DNA from: Callorhinchus milii
Taxonomy: Eukaryota
Assembly: GCF_018977255.1 (NCBI RefSeq)
Contig: NW_024704742.1
Coordinates: forward strand, 85,438,001-85,498,000
Direction of reading: 5' to 3'
Length of the DNA stretch: 60,000 nt
Each line of letters opens with the position of its first letter. Position 1 is the stretch's first letter. The notes under the pieces were generated by a model. The model had not been told where the DNA came from. It did no database searches and saw only the letters and a list, made by a program, of their open reading frames with translations. Below are positions 25,014 through 40,045 of the stretch, piece by piece. The translations under genes and the position numbers were made by a program.

Positions 25014-25185
25014 CGGTTTGTTCCAGGTACTTCAGGTTTATTTTATCAACTGGAAAGAAAGCTGCTGTTGCACCATACTCAGGACACATGTTGGAAATAG
25101 TTGCTCTATCAGCGATGGACAGTTGCACCACACCTGGCCCAAAGAACTCAACGAATTTCCCCACAACCCCAACTTGGCGAAGATT
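25014..25185 (-). CDS. ACO1: ACO1 exon 8 (172 nt)
   Basis: [57 protein letters not shown]; ttaaag|...|gtatga. Confidence 0.96.
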
Positions 25186-25729
25186 CTTTAAAAAAATAAG
25201 GAAAAAAAACATTTGAAAACTGCAATAAATAGGCTTATCGGACTCCGGGTAACCGGAATTCATTTGTAGCCGGATGGGCCCGAAACAGAATATTTTTTAA
25301 AAATTCTGCGAACTCCCACCAGCCACTCTCTTAGCACCATCACCCCCCCCTCCCCCCCACTCGATGGCCTTCAGTGATCAGGCAGAATATCGATTTTGAC
25401 TCCGTTTGAATCCCTTGAGCAGAAGATTTACTGGTATTTTTCGGGCTTGAAAAAGCCAGTATCAGCATTGTACTTACACTTAGCCAGGAATACTGGCTCA
25501 TAGGATCTTCCCCACCACCCCATTGGTTCGTCCATCCAGAGTTTTTGTATATCAGTTGATTTTTTTTTTAGCTTAACACTCTTAACAGCTGTGTGGAATT
25601 AAATTCAATACTTTTGTAATTTTCCTTTGGAATTTTAGATGCTAAAGCAAAATAATAATAATAATAAATAAACTAGAACTAGAACAGATTAGTGCTGTCT
25701 GCCGGCTTTTGGCAGTGAGGTGTACTTAC

Positions 25730-25869
25730 TTTTGTGATTGTGAGGACTATGTCTGTTGACGTCACTAAGGACCCTGGGGTGCCTAGTAGTTTATAGCCAA
25801 CGACTTGAGGAAGAACCATGCTAATAGGTTGGCCCAACATCACCGCTTCAGCCTCAATGCCACCCACAC
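25730..25869 (-). CDS. ACO1: ACO1 exon 7 (140 nt)
   Basis: (G)[46 protein letters not shown]; tgcag|...|gtaagt. Confidence 0.96.
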
Positions 25870-27010
25870 CTGCAACAAAGTTTGTACCTTTATTTATTTG
25901 TAACATAAGGCAGTAGACTTCTCAAGTGGAGGAAGTATTAGACACCTAGACATCATCTACTGAATTCTAAGGACATCGAAACTACAATGTGACCAGAATC
26001 TCCAAGCCGCACATTGCTTCAAGTATACTTGACATAAACAGATAGTTACAGAATTGCCATTTGTAAACCAATCTGTATCCTAATTCTAATGTGTCGGTAC
26101 AGGTATAACCAATTTTTTTGCTTGTCCTTCTTAAGTTATGCATGATTAGTCACTGCAACTTACTAGTCAGATACCAAGTGAATTGATCTTATGCTCTGTC
26201 CTACATGCAGGATGAGGAATGCCACATGTCCCTAAAAACAATGATAAACACAAGAACTGGTTATGTGCTTCAGATTCTATTAAGGCACGTCCTCACATAG
26301 CTAGAGCCACACCGAACATCTGACTACCCAACAAGCAGACACTATAATTCAATTCACATTGATGTGGTGTCTTTCACATCAGGAGGCTGTCTCAAAGCAC
26401 TTGAAACTGCTGTCTGGGCACCCGAGCCGTAATATATAATAATCCATAAATTTGATATAATGCCTTATCACATCTAAAAGCACGTCACAGGATTTACTGT
26501 AAAGTGCAGTGACTGCATTTGTAGGCAAATACTATTTTATTTTAGTAGTATTAAGGCTCGTCATAACTTATTCATGTCTGAGGCACTTATGAGTATGATA
26601 CTTCAAATTCACAGTGGAGATAGTCTATGTAAAATCAAGCCATTCAGATCAAGGCGTTTGTAAATGGCCAAATAAATAATTGGAAAAACTGCTATACAGA
26701 ACATAGAAATGAAAGAATAAGTTGTGATGAAAGACTGCTAGAGGTTCCAAAAATGCTAATATATATATATTTTTGACGGTGCTTTTGGTCAACATCATTG
26801 ATTCTCTCTTCTTTCTCTCTACTCAGTGCTCCCTATCATATCTGTTAAGCATTTCAAGATATTCATTCTACGTGGAAGGGTATATTTAAGTGTGAGTTGT
26901 TAATTCAGTGCTTAATTTAAACAGTCCAGGACAGAAAGAGTCAATCCTTCTCCCTTCAAAGGCAATAACAGTTAAATCCCACAGTACTTAATGTTTACAT
27001 AGATAACCTA

Positions 27011-27241
<231 letters not shown>

Positions 27242-27591
27242 TTACAATACAATACACATTTATGTAGAGCCTTTCACATCCCAAAGCTTATTCATAGGAC
27301 TGGATGTGTACCCGAGCTGTGGGGTGGGGAGTGGAGTGATGACCGAAAATGCAGTCAAAGAAGTGAGTTTTAAACCAGTCAAATTTATCTAAAAGATTAG
27401 TTTGAATCTCTATCCTCTTACACTTAAAAATAAAATAATTATTTTCAAATAAATCCCTTTAAATTGATTACTTTGTCTTGTCCACTTTTTTGTTTAACGA
27501 AAATATCTCCAATTTCCACATGTATGCTTCTCACAGCAAGAGTCTCTAAATAACAAGTAGGAGAAAGAAATAATTTGCCCTCCCTGATCTG

Positions 27592-27775
27592 GAACATAAG
27601 AATATAAGAACATAAGAATTGCTAGATGAAAGAAGACTAAGGTCCACCCAGTTCGCTTTCCACCATCCTGGTAGTCGCAAGTACATGTCATGTCCCAAAC
27701 TATATATTGTATCCCAGGATCTATTTAGTTTGTTCTTCAAAGAATCAACACTTTCTGCTTCCATCGCAGACACAA
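27592..27775 (-). mobile_element. CR1 LINE 3' end with (TTCTTATG)-type tail; related copy at about 3330-3445
   Basis: aacataagaatataagaacataagaa tail; reverse reads MEAESVDSLKNKLNR. Confidence 0.7.
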
Positions 27776-28202
27776 ATTATTGTACTATTATTTCACGGCA
27801 GTCTAATAATAACTTCAAGTGACTTCTCTTCCTACGGACATTTTTGCACATTTTTATCAAGTATTTTGATCAACTATCAACCCTAAATACTTGAAGGAAG
27901 GAAACAGATTAAGGGAAGGCATGATAATGCATTAGGGTTTGTATGGCTGTCAAATGCTGATGTAAAAAACACTTGACAACAGCTGGTGAGTATTGTCCAT
28001 TATGTCTATTTTCAGCCACTATTGGAGCTGAGAGCGAGTTGGAGCTCTGGTTCTTTGACTCCTACCAAGAGGGAGGAGAGCTTGTATATTTTGAGACTGG
28101 AACTTGGTGAAAGATAGCAGAATATTCCAGTCAATTTCTGGCTCAATTACAACAGCAGCAATGGAAGCATTTTGCTATAAAACTTCATACAAAATATCAT
28201 AC

Positions 28203-28272
28203 CTTTAAAAACTCAAATCTCTCCTTGTTTCGCTCAAATTCAATTTCTTCATTTTTCTGTAAGCTGTCCACC
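28203..28272 (-). CDS. ACO1: ACO1 exon 5 (70 nt)
   Basis: VDSLQKNEEIEFERNKERFEFLK; ttccag|...|gtatga; joins exon 4 with no IRP2-type ~73-aa insertion, supporting IRP1. Confidence 0.94.
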
Positions 28273-28343
28273 CTGGAAAAAAATCAGAATTAGAGGATAA
28301 GGCTCCAAAGAGTTTCAGCACTGAAATGGATATCCTATATTTC

Positions 28344-28681
28344 ACAGGGTGTCTTCAAAGTCTTGTTACCCTTGTTACAAAAAAGTGATATGAGACTACG
28401 GAGGAGTTGAAACAAGTTGTCAGAGATGCATTTCACCTCATCAGTCAATCATGTGATGGAAGATGTCGCACCGAAAATGGCGACGGATCATTATCTGCCA
28501 TGAAAATGATGGCGCTCACACACACTGATGCTCTGGATGTCTAAATACAGTTAAACACTTGTACTGAATACAATTAAGTATTTCTAAATACAATCATCAT
28601 CATTCTTCCACATGTTTCAGTTGTTTGTCAGTGCACTGTAGACAAAAAACATGGGGATATCAGGACTTTGTGGAGTCCGTG
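28344..28681 (+). mobile_element. Tc1/mariner-derived MITE-like element, copy 1
   Basis: Imperfect TIRs (cagggtgtcttcaaagtcttgttaccc / ggggatatcaggactttgtggagtccgtg followed by TA); degenerate transposase C-terminus inside. Confidence 0.75.
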
Positions 28682-28865
28682 TAGTTTAATAAGTAAATAT
28701 GATTTTGAAGGAAGGAGGTGCAATTTTAAAAAAGGAGTCTTTTTTCTTAATCTTGTAAAAAAAGAAACAACTTTCATGAATCAGCGAATTGTTACTGCTA
28801 AAGACTAGTGCTTGTTCTGTATGGCCTTGAGTACTTGTGAGTACTCAGAACGTAATGCCTTAGAT

Positions 28866-29066
28866 CAGGGTGATCCAACTACCGGCCCATGGGCCGATTT
28901 CAACTGGACCCCCTCCCTCCATTTTATCTGGCCCATCTGATCCCATAACCCGTAAATATTGTTAGGTTTCTAGAAGGGAAACACAAAAATACTGCTTATG
29001 CAGGCAGCCCTTGGACGTTTCTCATAGGGCATCCGGCCCTCAGCACCCAAATGGTTGCACACCCTC
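28866..29066. mobile_element. hAT (Charlie/MER58-like) MITE
   Basis: Ends cagggtgatccaactaccggccc / ggccctc...ggttgcacaccctc; flanking 8-mers ccttagat and cctgagat (7/8 match). Confidence 0.65.
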
Positions 29067-30870
29067 CCTGAGATCAAGAATTGGCCCATCAACAATATCA
29101 GACAAAACACAACAATCTATAAAACTCCACTTTGATTATTTTCTTAATAACAGAATAGTAAACTGTAAATCATACTTGTTATATCACAACAAGGATCTAT
29201 ATTACTGGGGTCCAATTTATCCTGTCAGCAGCACTTTATAATTAAATGGGCACATTATCCTACTTTACAGTTTCCCTAAGAAATTATTTTCACTTCATAG
29301 CAACAAACATCAAAGAGAGTCAGCTATCTGGGGAAAAAAAACACAATCAGCAATTCCATGGATCAGGTCTATAAAAAAAGCTTAATGTTAAGGAAGCCTT
29401 GGTCATGCAAATCCAAACAAAAATCACTATAAATAGATGAAACGGAATGAGAAAACTGACCGTGTTTATGTGAATACGAAACAGATGGTCACAATTTCAA
29501 GGAGAAATAATGACATAAGCACTTCACTAATCTAAATAGAGATCCATCCCACGGAACTGGACAACTTGTGACCCGACACAGAAACAACATTTGATCCGTT
29601 GGTGCCTATGCATCCAACTCAAACATCTGCAGGTCCATATACAATTCAAAAATAGCATCTCTGGGGTTATAAGTGCATGTTTTTTTTCCCCTCCTTTTTC
29701 ATTTCCAGACTGGGGACCAAATATTCAATCCAAAAAAGAAATTACCCGATACTTCATGCATGTTGTATTTCACACAAGATATGTACATTTATTTTGAAGG
29801 ACAGTTATACAGTGCGTAACAAAGAGCTACAAGCAAACCATAAAGCAGTTACAGGAACATGGTTCAGATAACAGTAAAAATCCTTCAGAGCATCGCTGAA
29901 TTTTCTAAAATGAAATGAACTAAAGTAATTCACTAAAGTTGGAATAAACATGAGGGTGACTCACACTCAATAGAATGATGCCCAAGTGATAGACGATGGG
30001 CTATAAGGAACACCTAGGTAAGATAAAGCTCTTCAGCTTTGAACAGTAAATTCTCAGAGGAGAGCTTCAAGAAATGCAAGATATTACATGAGTAAACAAG
30101 GAACAAGAGAACTCAGGTTCAAGAGCAATTTCATGACATTTCTTAATTTAATTTAATGCATAGGGCAATCAACGACTAGAACAAGTTACCCAGAAGGGTG
30201 ATTGAGGGAAAGAAACTGGTCTCATTTAAGAAACAGCATTATGCTATAACTGGAATATGACAGGCTGGGTATTCTGGACGGATGATAACAAATTGGTTCC
30301 AATAGCCTGGATGAGCTAGACCCTCAGTGTCTACCAATCAAACTCTCTTGCGTGATTATACTGTAAGACTCCACAATACAATGCAAGTTAAATTTATAAA
30401 CCGTTTATCAGAATGGGAGGACATCTCAAAGCACTTAACACTGCTGGCTGAGCATCCAAGATTGGGTGGAAGTCAAAGGGGGTACGAAAGGGAAAGATGA
30501 CCAAAAGGTTGGACAAAGAGACAAGACGTGAGGTAGACTTTGATAAAGGTGAGGGAAGGAGCGATTCGGAAGGACTCTGGGCTGGAGTTCAAGAGATGGG
30601 GAAAGATGGCTAATGGTGCGTTAGGTAGGATGGGGGACATGAAGCATAATCCGTTGAATAATGAGCACTATAAACAAACTGGATAATTTACAGAAATAAA
30701 ATCACATTCGGGCATTGAATTTAATGGCAAAGGTAATAGCTGGTCACTAATCAGAGGAGCTACCTTGTTGATTAAAAGTTAAAATAATAAATCATAGTCT
30801 ATTGCTAACTTTCAAAATAGGTAATACATATATAAACAACATTATAATGGCATTTGATTATTAGAACTTA

Positions 30871-31038
<168 letters not shown>

Positions 31039-32493
31039 TCATATAGATTGTCTACCATCAAAAAAACTCAGGACCCTTCCCTTTGTACTTCAAAAATGTT
31101 ACCAATAGATTGCAAACTCTCCAGGTCCCAGGTGCATGACCTGCTTTTTGGGGATGTCTGCAAAAACAGCACATTATAAAAATCACAGGACCCAAAATGC
31201 TACAATAACCTTTCTACTACTGGGAGACCTGATTTACAGCTGGCTTTCAGTGAAAAAACAGCTACATCATTAGATGTACCCAAGGCCTTTGTGCCTTTCT
31301 TGCCTTTATGACTGTGTTAAATACGATCTTTAATCGGAAAACTGGTTTTCTGCAGGTCTTTTTAAAAAAGTTTATGTGAAGTCAACTCGAAAGTTCTCGG
31401 ATCGTTTTGGGCAAGAACGTGACTCCGAGGGCATATCTGCTGATTGGGGTCCCTGAGGGAGATGCACCTTATGTCCTGAGATGTAATTTCCGCTGCCAGT
31501 TTTCTGATTAATTTTTAAGCGCTCTGAGACGCTTAAAACGGCGTGGAGGGCGCTATATAAATCCAAGTTGTTGTTGTTGATAAGTAATTTTTCAACCCCA
31601 CTTGTATCTGTCATAGCTTCATTCTTTTATTCTTCTTATCCCCAGCCAACATTACTATCATACCATATCATTGGTATATTCACTCACAAAATAGTCACTG
31701 CAATTTACAGTAAAATCCAGTGAAGTTCTTTGAGATGTGCTCCCGAAAGGCACTGTACCAAATGTCAGAATTATCACATCAAATACTAAACAGAGAGTGG
31801 TAAAATGCCTCAGGACCAGAAATCTTTAAAATTATCACACATAAAGTAATTATGATTTCATTTAAATGATTTTAATGTCAAGTTCAACTCAACCATACTC
31901 TGCATTTCTTTTGGCTTTTTTATACAAATGCTTTCACATTGATTTGTATTTTAGGAATTTGTGATAAGGGTCAAAATTTAAGGCAAGACAAAAATCCATA
32001 TAGGATAGACAATGTTGCAACTTTTTTAAAAATCTATGTATAAAGCCCATCCACAAAGGTTTTGTTTAAAGTAGAACACAGTTCAGGCAATAGAAAAGCA
32101 ACAGCTGTGATTGACATTGCCTAAGCCATCAACCGATCCAAGTCTAAATCTTTGAGTAAATCTGTGTTACTAAAACCTCCCAACTAAATTGACAAACAGA
32201 AAAAGTGATATTTAGAAGTTAATACAGCAATAATACTTGCATTTGATATAGCGCCTCATCATGTCGTTGAGACGTTTCTAAGCTCTTCACTGAATATACT
32301 GTAAAGTGAACTGATATTTTGTATATTTTGTGGGCAAAACACGGCAGCCAATTGCGCACAGCAGTGTCTCACAAACAGTCATGGATTTAGTGACCAGTTT
32401 ATTATTATTAACAAAATGCAAAATACTGCACATGCTGGAAATCTGAAACAAAAACAGAAGTCACTGAAAATTATTATTATAAGTTACACTTAC

Positions 32494-32662
32494 GTGAAGT
32501 CCTGCAAGATGACACGGGCAGGTTTAAAAGGCACTTCAACATTTTTGTGTTGGGTCACCTTCCAGTTCAATATGTTTTCCACATCGTCTTTCTTCACAAG
32601 AAAACCATCACAGTTTCTGACAGCCGCTTCTAGAAGCACTCGGATAGAGAATGGCAAACGTG
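32494..32662 (-). CDS. ACO1: ACO1 exon 3 (169 nt)
   Basis: [55 protein letters not shown]; tatag|...|gtaagt. Confidence 0.96.
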
Positions 32663-33152
32663 CTATAAGGGGGAAAGAAGATTAAAGGAATCAAATTGGT
32701 TTAAAATAAATGCAGGATCAAAGTTACAGAGGCAGTAGAATAGTCTTTCAGAGCCAGTTGACAAGTAGGTTGGCATTGGAATTGGGCATCCTCAAGTGAG
32801 AATCGAAAGAGAAGGTCTGTTCTTTTCCTGTCCATTCAAAGCAATATTGCTGGTTTGATACCCACTAGATTAATTCTGAAAGCAGATCATTAAGCCTTTC
32901 ATTTGATACAGCACCAATAATAAATATAGAACTTAAAAAACTTCCCAAGCGCTTCACGGGTTAATTGCTGTGAAACGAGGGACGGTGTATATGTCGGCAA
33001 ATATGCCTACAATGACCTCTCTAGACAGAGAATTCATTGTGGATGTTTAGGCCTTCCAATGTTCCAAATGTGAACATTATACTTACCAGATTGAAACTTT
33101 GAGCAGGTCAGTCTGTCTATGCTAAATACCTACTCTGAAATGTTTGGGCTAT

Positions 33153-33503
33153 AGGGTGTTCACAAAGCCTTGTCAGCACCCCACCCACCCCTATTTTTTT
33201 TCTTACAATGAATTTCTGTTGCAGATGAGTCAAGTGTAACAATATCTGACACCAGTGACTTCCTCGTCACTCCATCCATGTTACTGAAGATGTCGCACAC
33301 AGTATGGAGACGGATCATTATCTGCCATGAAAATGATGGCGCTCACACACACTGATCCTCTGGATGCTTAAATATAGTTAAACACTTGTACTGAATAGAA
33401 TTAAGTACTTCTAGATATAATTATCATCATTCTTCCACTTTTCAGTTGTTGGTCAGTGCACTGTAGAGAAAAAACATGGGGGTAACAGGACTTTAAACAC
33501 CTT
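33153..33503 (+). mobile_element. Tc1/mariner-derived MITE-like element, copy 2
   Basis: TA-tagggtgttcacaaagccttg ... caggactttaaacaccttg-TA; 3' half closely matches copy 1. Confidence 0.75.
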
Positions 33504-34701
33504 GTACAATCGTACAACAGATTCATCTGATGATTTAACTGCGGTGATTTGTTTTGATTCGCTAAATGTTTTAAATTAAAGAAATATTCCAGCAATCTAT
33601 TTAGTCAAGGTAAACTATAAAATCCATTTCTACTTTCTTTTTCATAACACATCTGTTAGGGCATGAAGTAAAGAACACTATGAATTTTGTTTCAACTCTG
33701 CTGTTTCAGCAATTTAATACTGCTCATTTTTCAGCACTGAAATAAAATGAACAGTGGTCTCTTTCAGTATATTGCAATTAGAATCTGCTTATATACCTCT
33801 TCCTCAGCTACTCGGTTATAGCAGGCTCCACAAAGAGTCATTCGAGTCATCAGATTTGGCTTTAAATATGTATTGGCTAGGATTTGAGACATTCCACAGC
33901 AAAATCTCCAACAATTTTTTGCATGAAATTGCCATTCAACACTTTAGCAAGCTCAGCAGTTCAAGCTTTAACTGAAGTATTAATCAGAATATGAATTGAT
34001 TTTGAGGTTATAATTTAGCAAAGCTCTGCAATGAACGACAATAATTTGTCGAGGCTTTTGGACCTCTTCCCATCGAGGGTATTCAAACGGCTTATTGTTA
34101 ATCTGGGTAGCGCACTCACAAAATAGCCCAGTCCTAACACAAATAACAAGGATCAAGATGCTGATCTTGAGACATTACAAGAGCTCTGGCAAACACATCA
34201 GTGAGCTACAATAAGAAACCCAAAAGAACTGAAAGACAATTTCATAATAAAATATTTACAGCAACACTACTTTGTTATCCTCTTCGAGTCACTAATTAGT
34301 GAAAAAAATGTTCTGCATTATTGAGGGTTAGAATCACATCGTAAGATGTCGTAAGATTGTTGGAACTACAGTATATTGAGCTTCTCAAAATTATGCAGAG
34401 AAAATTTTGAAACAGCAAAAAAAATAAAAATGTAGTTTAAAATGAGGGATATACCCCTAAAAATTGTACTTGACAGATAGAAAAATGCCATAAATGTTGG
34501 ATAAATGAAACCTGCCAAATATTTATTCCTTCACATTATGATTTTGCGTTCATCAAAGCTAAGGAAGTCAGAACTGGTGATTGAAAGCTTTTCCTACTTT
34601 TTACACCATGTGTCAAGATTAAACATGCCTGGCTCATGTAGAGAAAAAAAATCACTTACTGGACCAGCGACACTTCAACAAGAGCAGCTGGCCTTCCTTA
34701 C

Positions 34702-34798
34702 CATATCTGGCGTCTTTTAAACTGCTGATATTGTAGAACTTCTTTTCCTTTATGTTAGGATCCAGGGATTCCACAAGGTCAGAGTATGGGTTACTCAT
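34702..34798 (-). CDS. ACO1: ACO1 first coding exon (exon 2); acceptor places the exon start at about 34829
   Basis: aaaaccATGAGT; MSNPYSDLVESLDPNIKEKKFYNISSLKDARY; 97 coding nt then gtaagg; ttttttag acceptor 31 nt upstream of the ATG. Confidence 0.9.
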
Positions 34799-37587
34799 GG
34801 TTTTCGGAAGCACGGTGGAGAAGAATCACCTAAAAAATACACATATTTAAACTTTAATTCCTTTGAAATAACATGCCTGCACAATGAAGTTACAAATAGT
34901 TCAGAATAGAACCCCTCCCTGGGGAAGGTGGGTAGGAAGATGGTAATAGAGGACATGTCATAACATACAAAATGATTGGTTCTGGAAAGCCATGTTATAA
35001 TAATAATCCTTGTATTTGATACATCATGTCATGGGAACGTCTCAAAATGCTTCACAGGATTTCACTGTAAAATGTAGTGGCTGTGTATTTATTGGTAAAT
35101 GACAATATACAATATTAATTTCTTATAATTCTAGAATCGCAGAATAATTGCTATAATATTCTCACTAATCATTTGATACTGCATATTATCACAGACTCAA
35201 TCATTTACTGTATCTATCAACAAGAGGTTGCTACCCAAGATAGAATGCACTGAATAGTGTCTGCCACAATATCATTTACCGTACTGGCAAAAAAAAGCCA
35301 CTTTCTCTGAGAGATCAAACAATTTTTTGCATGCACTGCAAAAAATGATATAGAAACTGTTATATTCATGTAAAGGTTAATACTACAATCGTTTCAGACA
35401 ACAATTTATGACATCTGATTCCTTGATACAAGGCTACCTAACTGCTAATATCTATTGTCTCATATGCAGACGGGGAACATCTGAACACTACATATACAGT
35501 TAACTGACTGGATTCCCAGGGGCACCATCTTATTACAAAGCTTGCGTTTTGGGAACAGATAATAAACTGGTGGTACTCGTGAATGCACCATTGGCCCCCA
35601 TAATGGACATATAGCTAGAAGAGTTGATGAAAGCAAACACCAGCCATTACAAGTATCACTGCTAGCCAGTAAGGTATTTTACCCGCAAGCCGACAGAAGC
35701 CGAGGGGTCTCAAATCTGCAGTCGGAAACTGCTACAACTTAACCAGAAAAACACAATATTATTGCTCCTTCAGCTAAGACTACCCTATCCTTTGGGTATT
35801 GGTTAACAACAGTCACGAGAAGAATCATGACCTTTTCAGTGACATATCTACGAACCCAACAATTCCCACTGATGAGCCATGTAGAGTGGTTCAAATTCCC
35901 CTTGAAATAGTCTGGACCTTCCTGTCAACTTGAGTCAACTTCACTTATCCATCGCCAGTCATGTTTACTTGCAGCTAGATTGACCCCAAATAGGATAGTT
36001 ACTCTTTGATCATAACAAACAACATTTTGAAAGCTTTGAGACATCTCGGAGATGTGAAAAGTGCTATATCAAATGCAAGGATTATTATTATTTTAAAGAT
36101 TATGTCTGTACATTTTAATATACATAGTCAACTCCAATGATTACATTTTCATGTATTGAGTAGGAAGTTACATTATTTCCTAAACTGGCCGACTCAGACA
36201 ATTCATTCGCATCAATTCATTGATATTTTGAACACTATAAAAATGAAACTATAGTATTGTGATCCCGATCTGAACAAAGTTTGCTCATTTTAGCCAGAAT
36301 TAGATCAGAAATCTCACGCTTGGGAGGGTTTCAGGACATGATCATATAGGATTACCATCAATCCTGCCTGAAAGTATAGGTGTGGGGAAATCAAATGAGA
36401 ACATGATGGGGCTAGTATGATAATCCCTTTCCTGGGAATGAACGTGGTTAGGAGGGCAACTCGAACCCATGCTACTCAACACTAAATAGTGACTTCAAGC
36501 AAGAGTGCAGAAAAGGGAAGATTAAAAAAGTAGAGCTACAAGTTAAACTGGAATAGGTTTGATCTGCATAAATCATGTAAGTCGTTACATCCACCCAAGT
36601 CCCATTCAATTACCTATTAAATCCACTTAAATGTATATGCACTAGTCGTATTAATCACGGTGTAACACTTTGTAACACTGATAACGAACGGGCCGCGACC
36701 GAACTTACTGGCTGCCAGATCAAAACTTTGTTTCCCGCGCCTACCTCAAACAGAACATCCCGCGTGTCCCTACACTTTCTGCACCCTCCCTCCTGGGGTG
36801 CAACGTTAACATCATCATTGTGCACAGCAGCTGGGGTGGGGTGGGGGGGGTGCAGTTCAGCTCCAAGCAGACCCACTCGCAGCCCTCACACCAGAGGATA
36901 GTCAGGGCAGTGACCCATCGTGGGGCTGAGTTAACATCATAAACCAGGTTAGAAAATCAAAGTTCAGTATCTCAGGTTTGGTTGTGTTACACACTTGAAA
37001 GTTCAAGTCAGCATTTGCAACTGTTTCGCAAATCTATATATAATGTGACCCACTTCTAGAAAATTATTATCCTTTCAAGATATACAGAATTACTGTACTC
37101 CTCAACAATTACTTTTTTGACGTGGTAGATCCAAGGCAAATGTTTGGAACAAAAGTGCAACGAGAATTATTTCCCTGCGTGCTAGGACTAATGTACAAAG
37201 ATGACTTGTTCAATACAAAATAAACAGTACATGACTTTCGGTCTCCGGAAAACAAGCTGCAAGCAAACTCCAGCAATAAAACCGGTTTCCAAAACGACTT
37301 GAATTACTGTAATGTCCGATAACACAATAGTTTGGATCTGACCTGAAACGTGATAACTGCACCTTTGAAATGCTAATCCAAAATATTTTCTAACGTTGAA
37401 CCGTACATTACAGTAACTCATGACTGAATAGCAGGAGGTTGCGGATTCAAGCTCCGTGTCAAAACCTGAGCTCAGCATCTCAGCCCAAACTAGTGTGACA
37501 AACGTGAAAGTTCACCCAGAGCAGCACTGGGGGAGGTGGTGAGACATCAAACCCACAAACTCAGTGCACTGCCATTCTCCCGGTGCA

Positions 37588-37810
37588 CGCAACAACAAAT
37601 AAAGGACACTTGTACAATGCACTTCACGTCAGAAAGAAGTCCGAGGGCGCCGGAGCGTCACGATGTTTTGTTCCAGGGCTGGGAGGCCGGGCTCAGGAGA
37701 CAAGGAGGGTGGCGGTGGGAGGGCGGCCGAAGGCACTGTCAGAGAGGAAGGTCTTTAGACGGGGACTTGAGGGAGGCAAGAGAGCGGGTTAGACAGAGGG
37801 ACTGTGAGAT
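37588..37810 (-). mobile_element. L2 LINE 3' tail fragment
   Basis: Reverse tail (caacaac...cttcacgtcagaaagaagtcc) and gaaggcactgtcagagaggaaggtctt body. Confidence 0.65.
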
Positions 37811-37899
37811 AGACGCCCCCGACACTCCCCCGGCACAGTCACTCTCACTCACGTACTCACTGACACTCCTCCCGTGCACAACCAGTCACTGAAATTCCC

Positions 37900-38225
37900 C
37901 CCTGCACGCTCAGTCGCTCCCCCTGCACGCTCAGTCGCTCCCCCTGCACGCTCAGTCGCTCCCCCTGCACGCTCAGTCGCTCCCCCTGCACGCTCAGTCG
38001 CTCCCCCTGCACGCTCAGTCGCTCCCCCTGCACGCTCAGTCGCTCCCCCTGCACGCTCAGTCGCTCCCCTGCACGCTCAGTCGCTCCCCCTGCACGCTCA
38101 GTCGCTCCCCCTGCACGCTCAGTCGCTCCCCCTGCACGCTCAGTCCCCCCTGCACGCTCAGTCGCTCCCCTGCACGCTCAGTCGCTCCCCCTGCACGCTC
38201 AGTCGCTCCCCCTGCACGCTCAGTC
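37900..38225. repeat. 21-bp minisatellite (CCCCTGCACGCTCAGTCGCTC)n, about 15 copies
   Basis: Visible tandem units; the ORF track shows the 7-aa period (QGERLSV). Confidence 0.95.
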
Positions 38226-38269
38226 ACTGACACTCCCCCCTCACCCGCACATCCACAGTCATTGACACC

Positions 38270-40045
38270 TCCGCCCCACACACTCAGTCACTGACACTCT
38301 CCCCCCTACACACTCACAGTCACTGACACTCTCCTCTACACACTCAGTCACTGACACTCTCCCCTACACACTCACAGTCAGTGACACTCTCCCCCCTACA
38401 CACTCACAGTCACTGACACACTCCCCCCTACACACTCAATGACACACTCCCCCCTACACACTCACAGTCACTGACACTCTCCCCCTACACACTCACAGTC
38501 ACTGACACTCTCCCCCCTACACACTCACAGTCACTGACACTCTCCCCCCTACACACTCACAGTCACTGACACTCTCCCCCTACACACTCACACTCACTGA
38601 CACTCTCCCCCTACACACTCAGTCAGTGACACTCTCCCCCCTACACACTCAGTCAGTGACACTCTCCCCCCTACACACTCACAGTCAGTGACACTCTCCC
38701 CCCTACACACTCACACTCACTGACACTCTCCCCTACACACGCACAGTCAGTGACACTCTCCCCTACACACTCACTGTCACTGACACTCTCCCCCCTACAC
38801 ACTCACTGTCACTGACACTCTCCCCCTACACACTCACACTCACTGACACTCTCCCCCCTACACACTCACAGTCAGTGACACACTCCCCCCTACACACTCA
38901 CACTCACTGACACTCTCCCCCTACACACTCACAGTCAGTGACACACTCCCCCCTACACACTCACACTCACTGACACTCTCCCCCCTACACACTCACAGTC
39001 AGTGACACACTCTCCCCTACACACTCACAGTCAGTGACACACTCCCCCCTACACACTCACAGACACTCTCCCCCTTACACACTCACAGTCAGTGACACAC
39101 TCCCCCCTACACACTCACACTCACTGACACTCTCCCCCCTACACACGCACAGTCAGTGACACACTCCCCTACACACTCACAGTCAGTGACACACTCTCCC
39201 CTACACACTCACAGTCAGTGACACACTCCCCCCTACACACTCACAGTCACTGACACTCTCCCCCTACACACTCACAGTCACTGACACTCTCCCCCCTACA
39301 CACTCACAGTCACTGACACTCTCCCCCCTACACACTCACAGTCACTGACACACTCCCCCCTACACACTCAGTCAGTGACACACTCCCCCCTACACACTCA
39401 GTCAGTGACACTCTCCCCCCTACACACTCACACTCACTGACACACTCCCCCTACACACTCACACTCACTGACACTCTCCCCCCTACACACTCACAGTCAC
39501 TGACACTCTCCCCCCTACACACTCACAGTCACTGACACTCTCCCCCCTACACACTCAGTCACTGACACTCTCCCCCCTACACACTCACAGTCACTGACAC
39601 ACTCCCCTACACACTCACAGTCACTAACACTCTCCCCCCTACACACTCACAGTCAGTGACACTCTCCCCCCTACACACTCACAGTCAGTGACACACTCCC
39701 CTACACACTCACTGTCACTAACACTCTCCCCCCTACACACTCACACTCACTGACACACTCCCCCCTACACACTCAGTCACTGACACACTCCCCCTACACA
39801 CTCACACTCACTGACACACTCCCCTACACACTCACAGTCACTGACACACTCTCCCCTACACACTCACTGATACTCTCCCCTACACACTCACACTCACAGA
39901 CACACTCCCCTACACACTCACACTCACTGACACACTCCCCCTACACTGACACTCTCCCTGTCCACTCACAGTCACTGACACACTCCCCTACACACTCACT
40001 GACACACTCCCCTACACACTCACTGACACACTCCCTGTACACTCA
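38270..40045. repeat. ~29-33-bp minisatellite (CTACACACTCACAGTCACTGACACTCTCCCCC)n, roughly 55 copies
   Basis: Visible tandem units with variable C-run length; extreme C/G strand skew. Confidence 0.95.

Noticed and set aside
37857..38281. ORFs with 7-aa repeats on both strands
   Set aside because: Artefacts of the 21-bp minisatellite
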